This document shows, piece after piece, positions 57,482 to 64,000 of a DNA stretch of 64,000 bases. The stretch comes from an uncultured Candidatus Rokubacteria bacterium. GTDB lineage: Bacteria > Methylomirabilota > Methylomirabilia > Rokubacteriales > DASRDR01. The translations under genes were made by a program, and so were the position numbers. The DNA is taken from positions 32,001 through 96,000 of the forward strand of contig CAWGVS010000001.1 in the NCBI GenBank assembly GCA_963826115.1, in the 5' to 3' direction. The notes below the pieces were generated by a model. The model was not told the DNA's origin, did no database searches, and saw only the letters and a list, made by a program, of their open reading frames with translations. The stretch's first letter is position 1. Each line of letters begins with the position of its first letter.

Positions 57482-58510
57482 GTTCCGCCGCCGACCGATG
57501 CCGACATCACGGCGCTGCTCACACGGGTCCACCGCCGCGTGCAGCGGCTCTTGATCCGCCGGGGGCGGTGGCCGGCCGACGACGCCGGGAGCGATCCGTT
57601 CGCGGCCCAGGAGCCGCTGTTCGCCAGCGCGGTGGCGGCGTCGCTCCAGGGCCGGGTGGCGCTGGGACCACGGGCCGGGCAGACAGTGCGCCGGCTCCGC
57701 TCGGCGGCCGCCGCGACGGCGACCGGGCGACGCTCGGCCCGGCTCGCGGGATTTAGTCTGCATGCGAATGTCGCGGTGCCCGCGCGCCGACGGGATCAGC
57801 TGGAGCGTCTGGTGCGCTACCTGGTGCGCCCACCGCTGGCGCTCGACCGACTGACGGAGAGCCCGGGGGGGCAGCTGCTGTACCAGTTCCGCCGCCCGTG
57901 GCGTGATGGCTCGACGGCGCTCCTCTTGGACCCACTGGAATTGTTGGAACGACTGGCGGCCTTGGTGCCCCCGCCGCGCCGGCCGTTGCTCGCGTACCAC
58001 GGCGTGCTGGCCCCGCGCGCTCGCTGGAGATCGGCCATCGTGCCGAAGCCACTGCCGGCCGACGCGCGGGCGGCGGCGGCGCCGGTCCCGCGCCGCTGGC
58101 CCTGGGCCCAGCTCCTGCGCCGGGTATTCGGGGTTGACGTGCTCGTGTGTGACCGCTGTGCCGGGCCGCGGCGGATCCTGGGCGCGGTGATGGAGCCCCA
58201 CGCCGTGCGCCGGCTCTTGGCGGCGCTCGGGTTCGCCGCCGAGCCGCCCCCCGGCCGCCCCGTCCCCGCCGCCTGACCCACGGTCGATCGCGCTCCCCAC
58301 CCCGGCGCCGCTGGTCCCGTCTGTCCAGCGCTGCGGGGGACACGTCTTGGGCCCTCCCGTGCCGACCGCCGGCGGCCCTTGCCGGCCCCGCCGGAGCCGC
58401 GGTATCGTTCCGCGGTATCGTTCCGGCGGCAGCCACCGGCGGCCGGGGGGCGGGCCGACGTGATGGAGGGCGGGACGAGGGGGCCGAGAAACGTGTTTAG
58501 CATTGCCTAG
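57482..58510 (+). mobile_element. IS91/ISCR-family rolling-circle transposase remnant (C-terminal half, stop at 58276) plus right end
   Basis: GFSLHANV..LERLVRYLVRPPLALDRL..WRDGST..LERLAALVPPPR..YHGVLAP..CDRCAG; HUH N-terminus absent; end-like CCGAGAAACGTGTTTAGCATTGCCTA. Confidence 0.8.
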
Positions 58511-58836
58511 GTTCGATACGTTCGCGGCGCTCACCGGCGATGATCACTGGATCCACATTGATGTCGACCGCGCCGCGCGCGAGATGCCGCAGGGCAAGAC
58601 CATTGCCCACGGTTTTCTGACGCTGTCGCTGATCCCGCTGTTGCAGCGTTCGGTCTATCGGATCGCCCGGCGCGGCCGTGGACTGAACTACGGCTGCAAT
58701 CGCGTAAGATTTCCTGGTCCGACGCCGGTCGGATCGCGGATACGCCTGCATCACCTTCGAATGCACCATCGAGGTTGAAGGGGCCACGCGTCCCGCGGTC
58801 GTGGCCGAAACTGTCCTGCAAATTTACGGAGAGTAG
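58511..58836 (+). pseudogene. MaoC-family dehydratase fragment
   Basis: FAALTGDDHWIHID..TIAHGFLTLSL..LNYG.NRVRF..PVGSRIR; 5' end cut at the IS91-like end. Confidence 0.75.
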
Positions 58837-58838
58837 TT

Positions 58839-60347
58839 TTGGCAGACGCGGATTTTCTGTCCCTTCCTGAAGTGCTCGCACGTCACGGCCGAGAGATGCC
58901 GGACGCTATTGCGTTGACCTGTGAGGACGACAGCCTCACCTGGGGTGGACTTGCCGAAGCGATGGATCGTGTCGCCGTGCGGCTGATGTCGCTCGGCATC
59001 GGCGCCGGCGACAATATCGCGACAATCGGTCTGCCATCCGTCAATCACGTTGTTGGCGTGTTGGGCGTCCTCCGTGCCGGCGCGTGTGTCGTGCCGCTCC
59101 CCGCGAGCGTCGCCGCCGGCGCGCTTGAGGCGATGATCGAAGATTGTGGTGCAAAGGCGATCATTGTGGCTGAAGATGCGCGGACCATGATCCCGCCGTT
59201 TGAGGACAGAATGAGCGCGCAGAAGATCGCGCTTGAAATGTTGGTCGATGGCTCGTCGTTTGATCAAGGACAGGCGCCGCCGCCGACCATAGGCCCCGAT
59301 GATGATTTCAACATCATCTATAGTTCGGGAACGACGGGCGCTCCGAAAGGCATCGTTCACAGTCACGGCATGCGGATGCGTCAGTTTGCAGGCCGGAACT
59401 TCGGCTTCGATCGCACATGCGCTATGCTGCTGGCGACGCCGCTCTATTCCAATACGACTCTGTTGCCGATGTTATCGACGCTGGCGCATGGCTCCCGCGT
59501 CATCCTGATGCGGAAGTTCGATGCAGGCCAATACCTCGAGATTGCGGCGGCGGAGCGCGTCACGCACACCATGCTGGTGCCGGTGCAATATCGTCGCATC
59601 CTGGCATCACCGGATTTTGGAAAATACGACCTCTCGTCATTCAGGGTAAAACAATCGACCGGCGCGCCGCTCGATGCCGCGCTCAAGCGGGATCTGTCCG
59701 CGCGCTGGCCCGGACGTATGCTCGACCTGTTCGGCATGACGGAAGGCGGCACCACCTGCATCCTCGATGTCGGCGCAAATCCAGACAAGCTGCATACGGT
59801 CGGTCATCCGGCGCCGCAGCACGATATCCGGCTGATTGATGAAGAAGGTCACGAACTGCCGCGCGGCGCGACCGGAGAGATCGTCGGGCGCGGGCCTTAC
59901 ATGATGACGCGCTATCACAACCAGCCGGAGATGAGCGAGGCGTTTCGCTGGCGCGATGCCGAGGGACATATTTTCCATCGCAGTGGCGACGTGGGGCGTT
60001 TCGACGAGGATGGTTTTTTGATTCTGCTGGATCGCAAGAAAGACGTGATCATTTCCGGCGGGTCCAACATTTACGCCTCGGACCTGGAGGCGGTGTTGTC
60101 CAGTCACCCCGACGTTGCGGACGCTACGGTTATCGGTATTCCAAGCCAGGCGTGGGGCGAAACGCCGGCGGGCTTGGTCGTGCTGCATGCAGGCCGGACG
60201 ATCGATTCTGACACGTTGCGAGAGTGGGCCAATGCGCAACTTGGCAAGATGCAGCGATTGAGTGTCGTGGAATTCAGGGACGAGTTGCCGCGTTCCAGCT
60301 TGGGCAAGGTGCTCAAGCGCGATCTGCGTGATCCGTACTGGCGCTGA
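58839..60347 (+). CDS. Acyl-CoA synthetase / class I adenylate-forming enzyme
   Basis: IIYSSGTTGAPKG, FGMTEGG, SGDVG..DRKKDVIISGG, LPRSSLGKVLK. Confidence 0.95.
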   Translation: MADADFLSLPEVLARHGREMPDAIALTCEDDSLTWGGLAEAMDRVAVRLMSLGIGAGDNIATIGLPSVNHVVGVLGVLRAGACVVPLPASVAAGALEAMIEDCGAKAIIVAEDARTMIPPFEDRMSAQKIALEMLVDGSSFDQGQAPPPTIGPDDDFNIIYSSGTTGAPKGIVHSHGMRMRQFAGRNFGFDRTCAMLLATPLYSNTTLLPMLSTLAHGSRVILMRKFDAGQYLEIAAAERVTHTMLVPVQYRRILASPDFGKYDLSSFRVKQSTGAPLDAALKRDLSARWPGRMLDLFGMTEGGTTCILDVGANPDKLHTVGHPAPQHDIRLIDEEGHELPRGATGEIVGRGPYMMTRYHNQPEMSEAFRWRDAEGHIFHRSGDVGRFDEDGFLILLDRKKDVIISGGSNIYASDLEAVLSSHPDVADATVIGIPSQAWGETPAGLVVLHAGRTIDSDTLREWANAQLGKMQRLSVVEFRDELPRSSLGKVLKRDLRDPYWR

Positions 60348-60480
60348 TGTTGGCAGCTTTACTGATTGTCATCCGGATCAACGGGAGACATCGGCGCGCG
60401 GCTCGCTCTGGATTGTGGAAGCGACCCGAGTTGGGCTTCGACTTCGTCTTAGGATACTAGCAAGACCAGAACCCGGACCA

Positions 60481-60502
60481 GAACCCGTGTTTCAACCTTG
60501 AG
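60481..60502 (-). repeat. tRNA-Glu-like remnant
   Basis: Reverse complement CTCAAGGTTGAAACACGGGTTC, matching the other tRNA-Glu pieces. Confidence 0.5.
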
Positions 60503-60909
60503 CGACTGTCTTTCGAGTCAAGCGATTTGCCACGGCCTGCGTGCTCGGAGCATGGCCAGGAATCGTCGTGCGCGCGATGACGGGCCATGAGGACGTCAGC
60601 TCGTCCGGCCGCACGAGGCCGAGGAACGACGGCCCGCCAGCCGAGCGGCAGGGCCGCGATCAGCCAGCGGTCATGACGCGGGCCTTGCCGGCAGCCGGTC
60701 GGCCGAGAGCCAGCACGGTGAGCGTTCCTCGCGATGCCGAGACCGGAGTCACCGGGCCCCGCGCCGCACGTCGACGCGAACAGAGTACAGCCGCGGGTGG
60801 CCCAGTGAGCGGGACCCGGACTCTGCCCCGACGCGGCACGCCCTCCCGCGCGACGTGGCGCCTTGTGGCGGGAACCCGGGCACGTATATCATCACGCGCG
60901 TCGAAAGCC

Positions 60910-61935
60910 ATGAGCCACGAATCGTCGGCGTATCGGCAGCTGAAGGCGCGGTGGGCCCGGGGCGAACCGACCGTCATGGACGGCGGGATCGGGTCGGAGC
61001 TCCAGGCCATGGGCTATCCACCCGCCAGGGCCGACGGCCCGGTCAACTTCACCTGGGGGACGCTCGGGCTGTACGAGGCCCCCGAGACGGTGAAGGCCAT
61101 GCACCGGCGCTTCGTCGACGCCGGCGCCGACATCCTGCTCACCAACACCTTCATGTTCCACCGCTGCGTGCGCATGGAGCGGGACGGGGACCTGGCCGTA
61201 CCGGCCGGGACGTGGCGGGAGAAGGCGCGGCTCAGCGTGCGCCTGGCTCGGGAGGCGGCGCGCGAGGGGGGACGGCCGGACATCGCGGTCGTGTTCGCGA
61301 TGATGATCCAGGACTCGCCGAAGGCCGAATGGCCCGACAACCGGGCGAGCAGCGGTCGCGGGAGCAAGGACTGGACGGAGATGGTCGCCCACGACTACCT
61401 GCGGGAGCTGGCGGGAGCCCTCGAGTCAGAGCCGCCGGACGCCTTCCTCGTCGAGCTCGCGCCGGCCATCGCCGAGGATCTGAGGTTTCCGCACTACGAG
61501 ACGCTCGTGGCCACGGGCTTCCCGCTTTGGGTCGCCTACCGTCGCGGGGTGGGCGGCCCGGTCGGCATCTTCGGGGACGCGCTGCCGCCGGACGGCGACC
61601 GGTTCGGACGCGCGGCCCGGCGCCTCGAGGAGCTGGGCGCCGGCGCCGTGCTGGTCCACTGCCTGCCACCGGCGAACGCCCACGGCGTCGCGCCGTGGCT
61701 CCGCGACTTCACGTCCTTGCCGATCGGCGTCTATCCCAACAACGGCCGCTACGACATGTACACGTGGCGCTGGGAGCACACCGTCTCGCCGGGTGAGATG
61801 GCCGATCACGCCCTCCGCTACGTCGCCGAGGGTTACGCCATCGTGGGCGGGTGCTGCGGGACCCGACCGGAGCACATCGCCGCCATCGCCAAGGCGGTGA
61901 AGCCGGCGTCGGGCGCGCCCGCGCACGGACGGTGA
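60910..61935 (+). CDS. Homocysteine S-methyltransferase family protein
   Basis: MDGGIGSEL, AGADILLTNTF, VHC, GGCCGTRPEHI zinc ligands. Confidence 0.9.
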   Translation: MSHESSAYRQLKARWARGEPTVMDGGIGSELQAMGYPPARADGPVNFTWGTLGLYEAPETVKAMHRRFVDAGADILLTNTFMFHRCVRMERDGDLAVPAGTWREKARLSVRLAREAAREGGRPDIAVVFAMMIQDSPKAEWPDNRASSGRGSKDWTEMVAHDYLRELAGALESEPPDAFLVELAPAIAEDLRFPHYETLVATGFPLWVAYRRGVGGPVGIFGDALPPDGDRFGRAARRLEELGAGAVLVHCLPPANAHGVAPWLRDFTSLPIGVYPNNGRYDMYTWRWEHTVSPGEMADHALRYVAEGYAIVGGCCGTRPEHIAAIAKAVKPASGAPAHGR

Positions 61936-61978
61936 CGGGGCCGGCGTCGGCTGAGGTCAGGCCGGTCAGCGCGGATTG

Positions 61979-63961
61979 ATGACGCCGACTGGGTTCCCGC
62001 TGCTCTTCAGCCCGTTCCGATTCGGCGCGCGGGGCCACGCCGAGGCGCCGAACCGCATCGTCTCGACGAGCCACGGCACGAACTTCGCCGTCGACGGGGC
62101 GCCGGGCGAGCGGCTGATCGCGTATCACGCCGCGAAGGCGGCCGGCGGCTGCGGGACGGTCATGATGTTCGGCTCGGCCGCGGCGTCCTCGCTGACCCCG
62201 ATCCCCCCGAACCACGTCAATCTCTGGCAGGCGAGCGCCGAGCCCGGGCTCCGGGCGGCCGCCAGGGCCGTCAAGGCGCACGGCGCGCTGGCGTTCAGCC
62301 AGGTCACCTCGAGCGGGCGGCGCAGCTATCATCATCTCGATCGATGCGGGAGCGGCCCGTCGGCGACGGTGAGCCAGCTCTCGCCGGGGATCCCCCACGT
62401 GCTGTCGGTGACCGAGATCCGCCAGATGGTCGACGACTACGCCGCCGCGTGTCGGCGGCTGAAGGCGTGCGGCCTGGACGGCGCCGACCTCGCCTTCTAC
62501 GCCGACCAGCTGCCCGACCAGTTCTGGAGCCCCGCCGTCAACCTGCGCACCGACCGGTACGGCGGGAGCCTCGAGAACCGGCTGCGCTTCTCCCTCGAGA
62601 TCATCGAGGCGGTGCGCGGCGCGGTGGGCCGGGACTTCGTCGTCGGCGCGCGCGTCTCCGGCGACGACGCGCTGCCGGAGGGTCTCCAGCCGGACGAGCT
62701 GCTCGAGATCGTCACGCGCCTCGACCGCACCGGGGGGCTCGACTACTTCACGGTCACCGGCGGGACCGTCTCGACGTTCCGCGCCCGGGGGTACAACAAC
62801 CCCTCCGCGTACTACGGCCTCGGCACGTTCGTGCACCTGGCGGCCCGCATCAAGGCGGCGGTGCGGACGCCGGTGATCGTCACCGGTCGGATCGTGACGC
62901 CCGCCCAGGCCGAAGAGGTGCTCCGCAGCGATGCGGCAGACCTGGTCGGGATGACGCGCGCCCTGATCGCCGATCCGGAGATGCCCCGGAAGGCGCGCGA
63001 AGGTCGACTCGACGACATCCGGATCTGCATGGGCTCGGCCGAGGGGTGCATCGACCGCCTCTACTTCGGCATGCCGATCGGCTGTGTCCAGAACCCCGTC
63101 ATCGGCCGCGAGCGCGAGTGGGGCGCGGTGATCCCGGCCGCCGCCCCGCGGCGAGTCCTGGTCGTCGGCGGCGGCCCGGCCGGCATGGAGGCGGCCCGCG
63201 TCCTGACGGAGCGCGGCCATCGGGTGACGATCCTCGAGCGCGACGATCACCTGGGCGGCGCGCTGCGGATCGCCGCACGCGCCCCGGGCTGGGAAGCCTA
63301 CGCCACCGCGGTCGACTGGCTGGCGCGTCAACTCACGCGGCTGAAGGTCGAGGTGCAGCTCGGCGTGACGGCGACCGCGACGAGGGTGCTAGCGGAGCGT
63401 CCCGACGCCGTGGTGGTGGCGACCGGCGCCGATCCGCGCCGTCCCCGGCTTCCGGGAGTCGATCGGCCGCACGTCGTCTCCGCGACCGAGGTGCTGGCGG
63501 GCACCGCGCCCGTCCGAGGGCGCTCGGTGATCCTGGACGAGACGAGCTACACGCCAGGCCCCAAGGTCGCCGACGCGCTCAGCCAGGCCGGCCACGCGGT
63601 CGAGATCGTCACGCGCCAGTACAGCCTGGGCGAGGACATCGGCACCACGCTGCGCGCGAAGCTGCTCGAGCGCCTCTTGCGACAGGGCGTGACGATCACC
63701 GTGCTCGCCGCCCCCGTCGCGATCGCGGCGGACCACGTTCGCGTCCGGCACATGCTGACGGACGCAGAGTGGACGATCCCGGCCGACACGGTGGTCCTCG
63801 CGTCCGGCGGCCAGGCGCGAGATCAGCTCTATCACGAGCTCACCGCGCTCACGGCAAGGCAGGAAAGCCCGCCCGCCCTGCACCTCATCGGCGACGCCTA
63901 CGCACCCCGGAACCTGCTCCTCGCCATGGTCGACGCCGCGCGCGTCGGTCGGGCGATCTGA
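61979..63961 (+). CDS. NADH:flavin oxidoreductase (OYE-like TIM barrel + Fe-S + FAD domain)
   Basis: NRIVSTSH, NLRTDRYGGSLENRLRF, GMTRALIADP, CVQNP..GRE, VVGGGPAGME, IGDA.APR. Confidence 0.9.
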   Translation: MTPTGFPLLFSPFRFGARGHAEAPNRIVSTSHGTNFAVDGAPGERLIAYHAAKAAGGCGTVMMFGSAAASSLTPIPPNHVNLWQASAEPGLRAAARAVKAHGALAFSQVTSSGRRSYHHLDRCGSGPSATVSQLSPGIPHVLSVTEIRQMVDDYAAACRRLKACGLDGADLAFYADQLPDQFWSPAVNLRTDRYGGSLENRLRFSLEIIEAVRGAVGRDFVVGARVSGDDALPEGLQPDELLEIVTRLDRTGGLDYFTVTGGTVSTFRARGYNNPSAYYGLGTFVHLAARIKAAVRTPVIVTGRIVTPAQAEEVLRSDAADLVGMTRALIADPEMPRKAREGRLDDIRICMGSAEGCIDRLYFGMPIGCVQNPVIGREREWGAVIPAAAPRRVLVVGGGPAGMEAARVLTERGHRVTILERDDHLGGALRIAARAPGWEAYATAVDWLARQLTRLKVEVQLGVTATATRVLAERPDAVVVATGADPRRPRLPGVDRPHVVSATEVLAGTAPVRGRSVILDETSYTPGPKVADALSQAGHAVEIVTRQYSLGEDIGTTLRAKLLERLLRQGVTITVLAAPVAIAADHVRVRHMLTDAEWTIPADTVVLASGGQARDQLYHELTALTARQESPPALHLIGDAYAPRNLLLAMVDAARVGRAI

Positions 63962-64000
63962 GGCCTCAGCACCACTCGACTCGATCGGCGCCAGTGACGC

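Overview
Very GC-rich bacterial DNA whose gene content is reminiscent of Candidatus Rokubacteria/Methylomirabilota (inference). The window has two parts. (1) ~1-26.4 kb is gene-dense. It holds glycosyltransferases, a divergent avidin-family protein and several flavoenzymes. It also holds a sigma54/IHF-type promoter in front of an OsmC-FMO-FAD oxidoreductase operon. Most notable is a tightly coupled minus-strand operon (6.4-14.5 kb). It joins RiPP-like parts (PqqD/RRE with a leader-like C-terminal tail, HPr-kinase-like kinase, two NTP_transf_5 nucleotidyltransferases, one fused to a Cys/His peptidase) to cell-wall enzymes (MtgA, anchor-less LCP, amidase, GT2s), with no lasso cyclase. (2) ~26.4-60.5 kb is a mosaic accessory region. 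Intact cargo genes (AOR, arylsulfatase, sulfotransferase, DHFR/VOC/MarR, NHL protein, nitroreductase, amidase, SDR, LLM, GNAT, methyltransferase, acyl-CoA ligase) are separated by tRNA-fMet and tRNA-Glu 3' remnants, recombinase/IS3/IS91 fragments and at least five copies of an IS91/ISCR-like end motif. No complete tRNA, rRNA or CRISPR array was seen. All family calls come from motif recognition by eye, not database searches.
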